DNA of 64,000 nt from Planctomycetota bacterium (GTDB lineage: Bacteria > Planctomycetota > Planctomycetia > Pirellulales > Pirellulaceae): contig JAPLNI010000023.1 in assembly GCA_026692865.1 (NCBI GenBank), forward strand, positions 7,552 to 71,551. Direction: 5' to 3'. Below, one piece after another: positions 39,009 to 50,838 of the stretch. The first letter of the stretch is position 1. Each line of letters opens with the position of its first letter. Under the pieces are notes generated by a model. It did not search any database, was not told where the DNA came from, and saw only the letters and a program-made list of their open reading frames with translations. A program made the position numbers and the translations under genes.

Positions 39009-39735
39009 ATCGGGCTAAGAAACTTCCGATTTCAAGACTAGAGTGGGAACGATGGAATTAATGGCCGTTTATCGTAAGTCTCTCGGTGATTTTTTGCAAT
39101 CGATTATCTGCCTACAAGCCAACTTCGTCATGAGGCGAAAACACTTAACCCTTTTCTATGACTTTCGTATCTGGCTTGGCTTTCCAAAGGCGATAGCGGA
39201 GTTCGATACCACTGGGGACGATAGATAACCAATGGTAAACGACAGCTGTGTCGAACCAGAACGGGTTCGCCACCAAGGGTAATTAATCGACTCACCTCAG
39301 GAGCGTTCGGATCGATTGTCTTTAAAGCGCGAGCCGTGTGCCCCGATCCTTCACTACGGAACAAGGAGACCATCAACCTTGGATGGTATCCTCGTTTATC
39401 TGGCCACCAAAAAAGTACCGATTTTGATCGTCCGGCTGAACCGTTTTTCCTACCAACAACTTTCCTAACAACAGCTAAACCCTCATTCGCGTTTAGTCAG
39501 CCTGTTCATGAAGCTGAAGAACGAATCGGGACATCCCTTCATCGGCAGGAGGAAAGGCCTTTATGTTATCTTCCGCATCACTCGTCTTGGACAGTACGAA
39601 TAACGACAGCAACAAACAGTAACGACCTTTTCTTATAGAACTAACTCCATCCTACCTTGGAATGCAACTGCCCGACCCACTACGATTTCTCGAGGTCTGG
39701 TCTTAGATTACAACCCAAAACCATTTGGCTTAACC

Positions 39736-40803
39736 TTAGTTGCCCATCGCAGTTAGCGTCTTCAGAATCGGATCGGTGAATGGTTTCACAAGGTCACCGA
39801 CACCTGGAATACTCGCCACCTTGGCAATCAAGTCCTTGATACCTACAAGGTTCGATGTGATGATGGACATAACAGAAGATTTGCCAGCAGTCGGAAGCTT
39901 GTCAAACACGGATTTTGCAGAATCCAACTGGCTGACAGCATCCTTGAGTTTCGGTAAGGCTGCTTCCGCAGTTGCCACATCCGTGATTCCGCCGAGCGAG
40001 CCCGTTAATGAAGTGAACCAACCGGACAAATCGCTGCCTAGTTTTACCGCTTCGGCAGGAATCGATGGAACGGTAACTTCTGGCACTCGAGGTGTCACTA
40101 CGACCGGAGCCTTAACGGCTGGCGGCGCTACGGCAGGTGCTTGATTAAAGACCCACCACAAACCACCTAGCGCGGCTGCGAGCCCCAGAAGGGGAAGCAG
40201 ATACTTTAGCGGTGACGCAGCCTCGGTAACCGGTTCGGCTGCACGACCAACATTTCGGGTTGTTGTCGTAGCAGTTGATCGAACTGCTTCGTTCGCATTC
40301 GTAAATCCTGGAATACTGGCCAGCGACAGCCCGGACGGTATTGCATTAGCAATGGCATTCTTGTTTTCTGCGAACAGACTTGTTAGGCCTGCGGCGTCCG
40401 GGGTTTTTCCTTTGAACGCGCTCATGACGCCTCCAAGCACCATTGGCGCTAAATAACCAAGCAGCTTACTGGTTGGGTCACCACCTAAGCCCAAGAATTT
40501 CGAGAGCAACGAAACGATTCCAGAGAGCGTGCCTCCCCCCAACAAGGAGCCAAGCAGCCCGGACCCTTTCTCCGCTGAAGCCCCAGACAACATATCGCCC
40601 ATGGAGCCGAGGCCGCTCAATGCAGACAGCATTTTTTGTGCGCCACCAGCTTGTGTAGTGGAGCCTGCAAGGACCGATAATAGCGTAGGGACCGCAGCGC
40701 TAACTGCAGACTTGGCTTGGGACTCGCTTGTGCCGATTTGTCCGGCCAACTTTCCAATCATGTCGGGCGTGATTTGACTCTTAACTAGATCTACTAAATT
40801 CAT
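39736..40803 (-). CDS. DUF937-domain protein with Gly/Ser/Leu-rich region and one TM helix
   Basis: N-terminus MNLVDLVKSQITPDMIGKLAGQIGTSESQAKSAVSAAVPTLLSVLAG is the DUF937 signature. TM helix YLLPLLGLAAALGGLWWVF. Confidence 0.6.
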   Translation of the reverse strand: MNLVDLVKSQITPDMIGKLAGQIGTSESQAKSAVSAAVPTLLSVLAGSTTQAGGAQKMLSALSGLGSMGDMLSGASAEKGSGLLGSLLGGGTLSGIVSLLSKFLGLGGDPTSKLLGYLAPMVLGGVMSAFKGKTPDAAGLTSLFAENKNAIANAIPSGLSLASIPGFTNANEAVRSTATTTTRNVGRAAEPVTEAASPLKYLLPLLGLAAALGGLWWVFNQAPAVAPPAVKAPVVVTPRVPEVTVPSIPAEAVKLGSDLSGWFTSLTGSLGGITDVATAEAALPKLKDAVSQLDSAKSVFDKLPTAGKSSVMSIITSNLVGIKDLIAKVASIPGVGDLVKPFTDPILKTLTAMGN

Positions 40804-41635
40804 TTGTTGTTTCCGCTAACAAAGATTCTTGAAATAATTCCGTACCGTAAATTCTCCACTCGCATGAAATCTTACTAGGAGGTCAAAAACAATCCAGTGG
40901 TGCCAACGTGAATTTTTGGAAAGTAATGCCAGCGAAACTCAACTTGGCAAACTAGGGCAGATTTTAGGTATCTGATGGGCTGTCGAGGGAGCAATGACAA
41001 ATACGCGACAAAACAAAGCTTACGACAACATCCTTTTCCATGGTCCGTCCAATCGCGAATTTACTGGTAGATGGGGAGTTTATGATCTAGCCAAGTCATT
41101 TCGATTGACTGTGGAAGAAGCACTGGAAATCTCCGATCACTTTCCAGTCTGGGCAGAAGTTTGATATTTGGGAAGCGCCACCGCAGAGTCAAGTAGCCGA
41201 ACTCGCACCCGGACCAATCCGATAGCAGCGTCTCAATAGCCCGGATGAATTTGGCGAAGCGATGGCAGAGGCCATTCTGAGGAAAAGTATTGGACTTCGT
41301 GATACATCGATCAAAAATTTGCGAGACAATATAGAGAACGATGTTAAAAAGTAGCAACGACAAAGCTTTGCCGAGCGTCGATTTGCTTCCCGTTTATTCA
41401 TCGAGCGTCGCCCTTGAAAACGCTAACTTGATGTGTCCTCAGATATATAAATAAATATCAAGAATGTCTAGAAACTACGAGGCTAGGAGTTACGGTCGCA
41501 GGGTTTGAACCAAAAATCATTTCCCGCTTTCCTGTTCATCTACAAAAAAAATTCGAAATGGTTCGCTTTTCTTCAAACAAGGGCAATGCTTCGAAATCGT
41601 TGTTCATTTATGAAAGAAAATGAAAGCACAGCAAG

Positions 41636-41944
41636 ATGATGCGGTTTACAAATCGATTTCTTTTAATTGCGTTTTCGCTGCAAGTCTGTGGATGCAGTGT
41701 TTGCCGAAACATCGAGCAATGGAAGTGCGATAAGATAGGATTGTGTCATTTTGGGATAACCCCTACTGCTCAGTCGATTGCTCCGCCTGCCTCGATTCCG
41801 TATCAATATCATCCTCCTACAACTTACCCACCCGAACCTATGGGAAATTCTCTTCAGGTCTTTCCTCAAAGTTCTCCCGTGAATTCTCAATCGCATGGCG
41901 TTCCAGCGAACGATTCCAACCGCGCACAGTGTCAAAACAGGTGA
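41636..41944 (+). CDS. possible small secreted/lipoprotein (102 aa)
   Basis: N-terminal hydrophobic signal MMRFTNRFLLIAFSLQVCGC followed by a Pro-rich region; weak. Confidence 0.25.
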   Translation: MMRFTNRFLLIAFSLQVCGCSVCRNIEQWKCDKIGLCHFGITPTAQSIAPPASIPYQYHPPTTYPPEPMGNSLQVFPQSSPVNSQSHGVPANDSNRAQCQNR

Positions 41945-42265
41945 ACCATTCACGTAAGGCGGGCGACCTCGAACTGCAGAGCAAATCGAAGAGTCGATCT
42001 TTAAATTGGCAAGCCGGACTGGTTGGTGCAATAACCCAACTTTCGGTGAGATGCAAACAAATAACTGCGTCTAAGTTCTACGCACTGAGTGGCTCCTCAG
42101 GGCTCCAATTACTGACGGCAAACACTCGACGAGACCATGTATTGCATCGAACTGGCGCGGGGGAGGGCACACAAACGGAGGACTGTTGATGGTGTTCGAA
42201 CGAGGCGTCGTATAGCACGGACTTCGCATCGGAGGGGGGTTCATCGGAGTTTTAACGAACTCGCA

Positions 42266-43629
42266 CTACCACTTGGTGAAGGCTTTGAAGTCGCTGGCTT
42301 CCGGGAAGTCCTCACTCGGGGATGCAGTGATCGCCGGGTCGTACGGAATGTCCTTGCCAAGCGGCGAGTCGAACGGTGCCCACATGTACTCACAGAACGA
42401 ATGACCTACCACGGGCCCGGTGGCACTGTCCTTACGAAGCTGCGCGGCGCCTTCCCACATGCCGCCGTTGAACAGCTGCGCTTCACAACCTCGACAACCG
42501 GATCGGTGAAGAATACCCCAACTGGCGTGATCATCTTGCCATACACCGGGTACTCAACACCGGTCTCGGGCGACTTCCACCATTTTTGCGGCTCATAGAC
42601 AAAGGACGGTCCCATGTAGTACTGCACCGTGCCGTCAGGTTTGATCTCGTTGAACCGGTTGGCCGGATCGGACGGCACGTACTTGCCGGTTTTGGAGTCG
42701 CGGTAGGTGCGCCAGTTGAGGATGTCGCAATTGTCCATGCGCGCCCAGCCCCACGTGTAGCGAGCTTGCTCCATGCCCGGAATGCGGATGCGGCCCCACT
42801 GGTGCTCGTAGTACACTTGGCCGACAAGATCGAGGTCCATGTCGTCGAGCTTGAGCTTGATCTCAGCCTCCATGCACGGCGCGATGATGTACCACGACAG
42901 CCCCGCACCCGTAAACGGATTGGCGAGGTTGTTCGACACGTCGGTTCCGACGCCTTCCTGCGTAAAGCCGTAAGGCAGCGGGCAGCGGAAGCCGGGCTTT
43001 ACGACGCGGGCGCGGCAGTCCATCGAGTACGGCGTCTGGTTCTTGAGGCCGGAAGTAGGCTTCGGCACGTTGGCCATCCAGCGGAACATCGCGTCTTTCG
43101 ACTGGTATGAGAATAGTCCCTCATTGCCGCCGCCGTCCTTGCCTAGCACGTACTCGGCGGTGAAAGCCTTCGGGGCTGCGTCGGGGCCGGAGCCGCTCGA
43201 AGTCAGTGGTCCGCTCATCGGGTGCACGGCCTGCAGGAATTTCTTGCGCTCAATGTCCGTCATCGAGAACAGCGACACCCAGATCGGTCGCCCGAGCTTC
43301 GCGTCCCAGCCGTACGAGGCCCAGCAGAAGAAGACCGAGTAGGGTTTGCCGGTCTTACGGTCCGTGAAGAAGCCCGTGAAATAATGCGTTTCCTGATACT
43401 CAACCCCCTTGTACCAATCGCCGCCGTGCATGGCATTGTCACGCGGGAAGCTGTAGATTCTGCCGCCGGTTTCCGTTTCAAAGCCTGACGCATTGGCGTT
43501 GCTCTTCGCGGGCGATTGAGCTTGCAAGTCATTGGTTTTAGCACCCAATGCGACTGCGATGCTGGCTGCGACCGTAGACTGGATTCCAAAGGCACGGCGG
43601 TTTAGATCGGATGACTGCTCAGGATTCAT
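42266..43629 (-). CDS. AttH/CrtC-like (lipocalin-like) secreted protein with Tat signal; apparent frameshift near 42470
   Basis: NRRAFGIQSTVAASIAVALGA (twin-Arg). FPRDNAMHGGDWYKGVEYQETHYFTGFF...SVFFCW parallels the AttH signature FPRDHGAH...EWWYFTGHL...FQLTFFR. The main frame ends in low-complexity CSTAACGKAPRSFVRTVPPGPW* while an overlapping frame (42266..42460) continues protein-like (AQLFNGGMWEGAAQLRKD...FTKW). Confidence 0.55.
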
Positions 43630-44007
43630 TTTTTATCCGGTTGATACTTTGGCAATAGAAAACAACGATTGGTTGCGTACGCTACGCGGGATCAGTGCCC
43701 CTACACTAGGCTGACCCGAATTTACGAGACTCGTTGATAAACTTGCCGACTGACGCGACCAAGTTGAAAAAGTGCACAGACGATTCATTTTTGGATTTTT
43801 CGGATAGAAAACCCAAAGTCTCTGGCGGCTGAGGTTGAGCGATGCATGCCTGCCGAGCATGACGATTCCGGACTCGCGGAAATCTGATCGGGGCCTTTTG
43901 AGTCCCTCAGGTGCCATGCCCACAGGCATGACTAGAATGTTTTTTCAAACAGAAACGCGACCGAAAACCCATGGTTCTTCGGTCGCGTCCATTGCATAGA
44001 CTACGAT

Positions 44008-44034
44008 ACTATCGCGACTATCGCGACTATCGCT
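44008..44034. repeat. tandem 9-bp repeat (actatcgcg) x3
   Basis: Directly visible in the intergenic region upstream of the porin-like gene. Confidence 0.7.
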
Positions 44035-44047
44035 GAGACAAATAGCT

Positions 44048-45460
44048 TTAGAACTTCAGAATGAAATCGCCACCCAGAGCTAGTTGTCTCGATTGAGTTC
44101 CATCATCAAATGGCAACGCACCCCCTGCCTTGCGATCGAACCAGTCCGCACGAATTTCCGGTCTCAAGATCACGTTGCTGGTCGGGGCATAGTTAAACCC
44201 ATAGGCCAATGAATAGGCATTTCCGATGAACGGTGCTTTATTCGGATTGCTTGGTCGGTTAAGGCCGATGCGCGTTCCATCTTGATCCTTGAACCATTCG
44301 ACTCGAATGGCTCGACGGAGTCGGCTATTGATCTGACGATAAAAGTACTGGTCTACGCCCCACCAGTCCGCGTTGCCACCGCCGGCCACCCCATCGGCTT
44401 GAAATCCTTGCCAATAGTGTGCGACATATTGCTGAGATTCAGTCAGATTCACACCAGCCAAACAGCTGTATCTTGTTCGATTTGCGTAGCCAGGGGTTAT
44501 GCCTGGAAGCGCGGCGACATTGTTATCTTCGTCACCGGTCGTGATCGCAAATGACGCCCACCACTGATCTGCCGTAAACTTGTATCCGGCAAGGATTCCG
44601 AGACGATCGGTTGGGCGATCCAGTGCATTCCATCCGTTTGTCAAGCCGACTTGGAACTGAGATCCCGCCGAAGGTCGCCATGACGTGAGGGCGCCCCAAT
44701 GCGTGAAAGGACCCGCAAATTGGTAGCTATACGCTTTCGAATAAAAGAAATTGTCAGGTGCCATGACGCCCTCATAACCGATGGGCGAGTAGAAGTGACC
44801 TGCCTTTAACGAGAGTTGTTGCGATCCTACTTCAACAAATGCTTGCGGGATTGCAATGCCATAGTATTCGCCGCTATTCCAGCGAGAGTCTCCATTCGGG
44901 CGTTTCTCCACCCCAAACGATTGCGCCAAGAGGTAGTCCTCCCCGTAGAGCGTATCGATCCGAGCACCAATGCCCGGCCCTCCGTTGCTTGGCAAAGCCG
45001 TTTCAGCAATCAAGTACCCTTGATTGAACATTGGTTCGTTGCTTCGATCGACAGCGTTGTAAGGCCCATTGAAGCGGCTGCTTGGCCCAGAGGTGTTGCC
45101 CATGAAACCAGCATTTGCCCATCCATGAACTTTCAGAAGTCGGTCTTGAGAGAATAGGTTCCACTGTCCAGGCATCGTCCCGAAAGAAGCCAAAGATGGA
45201 GTTCCTCTTGCTGCCCCAAACTCGTCGCAACCGCTACCGCCGCTGCTGGATGAACCACAGCCAAGGAGGCTGTCACAAGAGTCGTTGCATGCTGAACCCG
45301 CAAGTTCGGAGCAGCCCTGCTGCGCATTTGCGATCGAATTGTCGAGGCAGTTCGTTGAGACAAAAGGAATTGCCAAGCAAATCGCAGCCCAAAATTTTCT
45401 ACGCTTTATTCGTTTCATAGTGCTGAAAGAATCCATTCTTTCTTGAGGGAAATCCGACAA
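44048..45460 (-). CDS. outer-membrane beta-barrel protein (porin-like), C-terminal Phe
   Basis: 470 aa. Signal region, Cys/Gly/Ser-rich N-terminal segment, alternating amphipathic beta-strand pattern rich in Y/W/G/N, ends ...GGDFILKF (beta-barrel C-terminal signature). Confidence 0.7.
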   Translation of the reverse strand: MSDFPQERMDSFSTMKRIKRRKFWAAICLAIPFVSTNCLDNSIANAQQGCSELAGSACNDSCDSLLGCGSSSSGGSGCDEFGAARGTPSLASFGTMPGQWNLFSQDRLLKVHGWANAGFMGNTSGPSSRFNGPYNAVDRSNEPMFNQGYLIAETALPSNGGPGIGARIDTLYGEDYLLAQSFGVEKRPNGDSRWNSGEYYGIAIPQAFVEVGSQQLSLKAGHFYSPIGYEGVMAPDNFFYSKAYSYQFAGPFTHWGALTSWRPSAGSQFQVGLTNGWNALDRPTDRLGILAGYKFTADQWWASFAITTGDEDNNVAALPGITPGYANRTRYSCLAGVNLTESQQYVAHYWQGFQADGVAGGGNADWWGVDQYFYRQINSRLRRAIRVEWFKDQDGTRIGLNRPSNPNKAPFIGNAYSLAYGFNYAPTSNVILRPEIRADWFDRKAGGALPFDDGTQSRQLALGGDFILKF

Positions 45461-46055
45461 ACCGCCTGAATTCTTTCAGACTCAATCCAGTAGTGGCCTG
45501 GGTGCTTCCTAGTATGTCGAAACGTTTCTTCAATCGGAATTGGCCCATGAGGAAACCCTCGTTTTCCAAAAAAAGCAGGAGTTTTAACGTGGCGTTCATT
45601 TCCAGAGCGCCCAACCGGCATAGACCACCAATCCTTGGGTAAGATTGGCGACCTCGCACTTTTTTCATCGGCACGTCCACATCCAACTGCATTCCTGATG
45701 CTGCCCAAAAGGAAACGGGATGATTCAGGGCAATCCAGGCTCAACTCCGATCAATCGGTGGAAGCCATTTCGCTCATCATCCGCACTCGATGTCAACTCC
45801 TCACCTGCACGCAGTGGATCTGCAAAGACTCGGACTGTTAATTAGATGTAGTCGCGTGGCGCCAAAGCTCTGAATACGGTTGCCCTGCCCTAGAGGTGCC
45901 CGAACCACCCCGAGCTCCCTGGAACATAACCATGTTCTTCGCGAACAAGTCGAAAAAACGCACATCAAAGTTTCTTCTTCTGATCGCATGGATGGATGTT
46001 GCTCGACGCCGTTGCGGGATGTTGGAAGCGATGACGTACTTCTGGAGAGACAGCT

Positions 46056-46991
46056 TTGACACCCATTGTTGAATACACATACCATTCCATCGAACAAGCG
46101 CAGGCGGCGTTCTCGAATCTATGGCATGTGAAGTTCGCACAACGCGAGGCCGGGGAGCTTGAAATACGTTTTCAAACAACGGCGGTCGGTCGTTGCCTGG
46201 TTTATCAGAGTAGTTCCAATATTCCAATGATCAGTACGGGAACGCGGACGCCCGATGTCGTGACTATTTCTCCGATCAGTGCCAAGTGTGAACGAGGAAA
46301 ATATCGAGGACAACAGCTGAAAGCCGATCAAGTCTTAGTCATGGACCCGGGTGGCGATGTCTTCCAACAAATCGCGGCGAACCATCATCAGACGGCCGTT
46401 TCGATTCCGTTAGACCTGATGGATCGTATCGCTCGCGCCGAGTATGGTTTTGAAACTGGCAGCCAATGGAAATGGCGAGTTGCCAACCCAACGCATCGGG
46501 AGTCGAATATCCTATGTAAGACCATTGACTCAATCGTTTCCGGACAGGCCCATGACTTCATCGGACCCAATGCTGAGATTCGTCTTGCGGAAATGATCTT
46601 TGCGACGGTCCGCGATCGATCTCAAGCGAGTTCGGAGCCGCAGAAGCATCTCAATCGTCGGGGCATCGTCCGCAAAGCTGAAGAGTTCATTCGCGCGCAT
46701 TTGTGTGACCCACCTTCCATCTTAGATCTTTGTGAGTTCACAGGCGCAGGCCGTCGTGCCTTGTTTTACGCATTCGATGAACTCCTTGGAATGTCCCCCA
46801 TCGCTTATCTGAAAGCGGCTCGACTCCAAGAAGCCCGCAGGAGAATCTTGGCAAGCGACCAACAGCACTGCGTTCAATTAGTGGCCAGCAATCTGAACTT
46901 CGCGCATCTTGGCCAGTTTTCTATCGATTACGCAAAGCATTTTGGCGAATCACCGAGTCAGACTTGCAATCGATTTGATGCAGCCGAGTAA
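46056..46991 (+). CDS. AraC/XylS-family transcriptional regulator
   Basis: C-terminal double HTH (AEEFIRAHLCDPPSILDLCEFTGAGRRALFYAFDELLGMSPIAYLKAARLQEARRRI...FAHLGQFSIDYAKHFGESPSQT). Confidence 0.85.
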   Translation: MTPIVEYTYHSIEQAQAAFSNLWHVKFAQREAGELEIRFQTTAVGRCLVYQSSSNIPMISTGTRTPDVVTISPISAKCERGKYRGQQLKADQVLVMDPGGDVFQQIAANHHQTAVSIPLDLMDRIARAEYGFETGSQWKWRVANPTHRESNILCKTIDSIVSGQAHDFIGPNAEIRLAEMIFATVRDRSQASSEPQKHLNRRGIVRKAEEFIRAHLCDPPSILDLCEFTGAGRRALFYAFDELLGMSPIAYLKAARLQEARRRILASDQQHCVQLVASNLNFAHLGQFSIDYAKHFGESPSQTCNRFDAAE

Positions 46992-47421
46992 CGCTTCGCT
47001 GCTCGGCGAGCCGTTTGCTAAGCACATCGGCATGTGGCCGCCATTCACGGCCTTGCTTAAAAGGTCTAAACAAATCACTGAACCGGAGACTTGTTACTGA
47101 CAATTCTACCCCTCACCCCCCGGCCCCCTCTCCCCGAAACGGGGCGAGGGGGAGAAAATCGCATCGTTTTCGTTCTATTTCAAGGGGAATTTGATTTCGA
47201 GATTGAATCGAGATGTGGGTCAAGTGTGGACGTGCTTAGCTCACAAAATTCGAGTATCAGTCGCGCATGAAATCGGCCGGCTCGAAGTCGGGATCGTAAG
47301 AAATAGTACAATCGGCGTACGATTTAGCTTTCCTGGATGGCATTTTCATCGAGTGAGTTTGGGATCCGCTGAATTCGATTGTTTGGTTGTCGTCACTTTT
47401 TCTATTACGTTAAGATCCATT

Positions 47422-49542
47422 ATGAGTTGGACCCAGGCTGCTTTTTTCTTTATTGCTTTCGCGATGGCGACTGTATCGCATGCGCTCGCACAGCAGACTG
47501 ACGCGATCTATTACAACGGATCCATCCTTACGATGGCAGGCGAAACGCCAATCTATGTCGAAGCGCTAGCGGTAAAAGGTGGAAAGATCGCTTTTGCTGG
47601 GGGAAAGGAATCGGCGATGCAAATGAAAAGCGATACAACGAAGCTCATCGATCTTGGTGGGAAAGCGTTGCTGCCAGGTTTTCTCGATGCACATAGCCAC
47701 TACATCAACTCGCTTCTCGTAGCCAATCAGTGCAAACTCTACGCACCTCCATCGGGGCCAGGTAAGGATATACCTAGCATCCTCGCTGAATTGAAAAAGT
47801 ACGCCGAGGCTCGTAAGATCCAAAAGGGCGATCTTATCATGGGCTATGGTTACGACGATACGGTCATGCCAAATGGTAGATTGCTCAATCGCGATGATCT
47901 TGACGAAGCGTTTCCAGACAACCCAGTTCGCATCGACCACGTGTCGATGCATGGTGCCGTGATGAACAGCCTCGCACTCAAAAAATATGGTATCACCGCG
48001 GCGACCAAGACACCCGCCGGCGGTGTGATTGTTCGCAAACCGGGCACCGATGAGCCATGGGGACTCATCATGGAAACGGCCTTCCTTCCTGTCGTGGAAA
48101 AAGCTGAGCCAATAACCCCTCAGCAGGAAATCGAATGGACGCGAGCCGGGCAAATGCTCTACGCCGCGGCAGGGGTAACCACGGCACAGGAAGGAGCATC
48201 ACACCTCCCTCAAATTCAAACCATTCGGCGAGCGACCGAAGCTGGAGCCAACATCATCGACGTGGTTGCTTTTCCTTTTATCACGGATGTGGACAAGGTG
48301 CTGGCCGAGGTACCGGTGACCCAATGGGGTGTATACAACAAGCGATTCAAGATCGGTGGCGTGAAGATCCCCATGGACGGCTCACCACAAGGACGCACAG
48401 CAGCTTTCACGACTCCTTATTTAGCCGGAGGCCCAGGAGGCGAAAAGGACTGGAAAGGGGAGCTGACTTTCCCTCAGGACCTCGCCAACAAAATGGTAAA
48501 AAAGGTTTATGACATGAACGTGCCGATGCTCCTTCATTGCAACGGCGATGCAGCGATCGATGGTTTTCTGACGGCCTACGAATTCGCTCGCGCGGGTGAT
48601 TACAGCAAGCCCTGGAACGTGACAACGATTCACACTCAGTTCATTCGCAAGGATCAGATCCCGAAGTTTGTGAAGTACAAAGTTCGCCCGTCGTTCTACA
48701 CGCTGCACACTTTTTATTTTGCCGAAGCGCATCTTGCAAACCGTGGGCACGATCAAGCGATGTATATTAGCCCGATGCGCGATGCGATTGATGCCGGCCT
48801 TCGCCCGAGCAACCACACTGACTTCGTCGTAGCACCGCTCGATCAGATGATGATGTTGTCGTCGGCTGTCAATCGCATCTCACGCGACGGAGCAGAGATT
48901 GGACTCAAGCAACGCGCCACGGCGTTTGAAGGTTTGAAGGCAATGACCGCTTGGGTGGCCGAGCAATATGGCGAACAAGATACCAAAGGCACACTCGAAA
49001 TCGGAAAGTTGGCCGACCTCGTGATCCTCGACAAGGATCCGCTCAAGGTCGATCCGATGACGATCAAAGACATCCAAGTTGTTGAAACGATCAAGGAAGG
49101 GGTAACGATCTTCCCCGCACCCGCTGACTTTGATAAGTCGCTCCCCACAGCGCCTAAGACAGCCGGGATGACTCGGATTTGGCGAGCCCATGTATGCGAC
49201 ATGGCCGAGGTGAATCAAGCAGCAGGCAAAGAGTGGACTCTTTTATCGCTCAATGGCAAAGCCGTTGCTTCCGAGAAACCTCCCACGATGAAATTCGCTC
49301 ACGGCAAAGTTGCTATTTTCGGCGGCGTGAATCGCTTGTCAGGCTCTTACGCCTTGGTTGGCGAAAGTGTAACGTTGGGAGAATTGATGAGCACGAGGAT
49401 GGCAGGCCCTCCATCACTGATGGAATTGGAAACTAACTTCTCAAAAACCATGTCCTCCGTCGATGGCTTTCATGTCATCGGCAACGACCTGGAGCTATTG
49501 AGTATGGGGTCTGTCGTCGCCAAGTTTCGTGCTGCGGAGTAG
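47422..49542 (+). CDS. amidohydrolase-family hydrolase fused to a C-terminal META (HslJ-like, DUF306) domain, secreted
   Basis: Signal peptide MSWTQAAFFFIAFAMATVSHALAQQ. HxH LLPGFLDAHSHY. Last ~130 aa WTLLSLNGKAVASEKPPTMKFAHGKVAIFGGVNRLSGSYALVGESVTLGELMSTRMAG...FHVIGNDLELL match the META pattern. Confidence 0.85.
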   Translation: MSWTQAAFFFIAFAMATVSHALAQQTDAIYYNGSILTMAGETPIYVEALAVKGGKIAFAGGKESAMQMKSDTTKLIDLGGKALLPGFLDAHSHYINSLLVANQCKLYAPPSGPGKDIPSILAELKKYAEARKIQKGDLIMGYGYDDTVMPNGRLLNRDDLDEAFPDNPVRIDHVSMHGAVMNSLALKKYGITAATKTPAGGVIVRKPGTDEPWGLIMETAFLPVVEKAEPITPQQEIEWTRAGQMLYAAAGVTTAQEGASHLPQIQTIRRATEAGANIIDVVAFPFITDVDKVLAEVPVTQWGVYNKRFKIGGVKIPMDGSPQGRTAAFTTPYLAGGPGGEKDWKGELTFPQDLANKMVKKVYDMNVPMLLHCNGDAAIDGFLTAYEFARAGDYSKPWNVTTIHTQFIRKDQIPKFVKYKVRPSFYTLHTFYFAEAHLANRGHDQAMYISPMRDAIDAGLRPSNHTDFVVAPLDQMMMLSSAVNRISRDGAEIGLKQRATAFEGLKAMTAWVAEQYGEQDTKGTLEIGKLADLVILDKDPLKVDPMTIKDIQVVETIKEGVTIFPAPADFDKSLPTAPKTAGMTRIWRAHVCDMAEVNQAAGKEWTLLSLNGKAVASEKPPTMKFAHGKVAIFGGVNRLSGSYALVGESVTLGELMSTRMAGPPSLMELETNFSKTMSSVDGFHVIGNDLELLSMGSVVAKFRAAE

Positions 49543-49885
49543 GCATTGCAGATAACGAGCCGAAGATCTTGATTTGGCTTTTGCCGTCCAGCATAGAGAC
49601 CGTAACATTATCGCGTTGGACATGCTGATCGAACCAAAACCGATCTTACCATTCGGAAAATGCGATACATTGTGAGCAACGCCGTGGCGATCGTCTTCGA
49701 CGCGTAATGTATCCGATTTTTTCGTCGATTCGAAAATCGCATTTGAAAAGTAAGGCATCATCCCGTGAACGCGTCTAGATATCGCCTCAAGCTTATAATG
49801 ACACAGTTATTAAACCTTGTGTTGAACGGTTTTGACAAATACGCTCGGTGCACGACTTTGAATACTCCAGTATGAGAAAGATAAA

Positions 49886-50554
49886 ATGACCGAACAAACT
49901 ACTTCAAAGACCATTTTCTTGTGGACGACTTTAACCATAATCGCTGTACTTACATTTGCTAAGTCGGCACAGCTTGGGAGCTCTCAGCCTCCAAGTCAAT
50001 CAGGTGACAATACTAAACCAACAACCTTAACAGGAGACAACGTGACGACTGAAAAAGCAATTCTGGCAGGTGGATGTTTTTGGGGGATGGAAGATCTATT
50101 CCGTAAGCAACCCGGTGTTGTTTCGACTCGAGTCGGATACTCAGGGGGTGACGTGAAAAATGCAAATTATCGCAATCACGGAACGCATGCTGAAGCGATC
50201 GAAGTCGTTTACGATCCCAGCAAGACTGACTTCCGAAAGCTTCTGGAATTCTTCTTCCAGATCCACGATCCAACTACAAAAAATCGTCAAGGTAACGACC
50301 GTGGAACCTCGTACCGCTCGGCGATCTATTACACTAGCGACCAACAAAAGCAAATCGCACTTGACACAATCGAGGACGTTAACGCATCCGATTTATGGCC
50401 CGGCAAAGTCGTGACAGAAGTCGAACCAGTTAGTGATTTTTGGGAAGCGGAGCCAGAACATCAAGACTACCTAGCACGAAACCCAGGTGGTTATACTTGT
50501 CACTTTCCGCGTAAAGACTGGAAGTTACCCCAACGAGCAAAAGTCGACAAATAA
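49886..50554 (+). CDS. msrA: peptide-methionine (S)-S-oxide reductase
   Basis: [11 protein letters not shown] active-site motif and overall collinearity with MsrA; N-terminal hydrophobic anchor/signal. Confidence 0.95.
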   Translation: MTEQTTSKTIFLWTTLTIIAVLTFAKSAQLGSSQPPSQSGDNTKPTTLTGDNVTTEKAILAGGCFWGMEDLFRKQPGVVSTRVGYSGGDVKNANYRNHGTHAEAIEVVYDPSKTDFRKLLEFFFQIHDPTTKNRQGNDRGTSYRSAIYYTSDQQKQIALDTIEDVNASDLWPGKVVTEVEPVSDFWEAEPEHQDYLARNPGGYTCHFPRKDWKLPQRAKVDK

Positions 50555-50838
50555 TAGGCGCATCGCGGCTCGATATGCAAAAAGACGAGCGGCTAATAGT
50601 GTGGTGGCGACTCTTCTTAAAGACAACGCTGCTGAGTGCAAAGACATTCTGGCGTTTTCTGCCAAATTTGCGTTAGTTGGGGAAGTTTTTGTCATCAATT
50701 ACTCGACGAACCTCCGTATGACGCAAGTCGTTGTCTTGGGTATGGTTCGAATAGGCCAGCCGCTGGTTATGCAAACATTATTTTTCAGTGCATTCAGTGC
50801 AATCCGTGAAAAGTCATCGCAACTGCTAGGTCGCCTTC

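Noticed and set aside
42531-43488. ORFs 42531..42908 (-), 42586..43110 (+), 43222..43488 (+) inside the AttH-like gene
   Set aside because: Ala/Arg/Gly/Ser-rich translations of a GC-rich region; shadows of the AttH-like frame.
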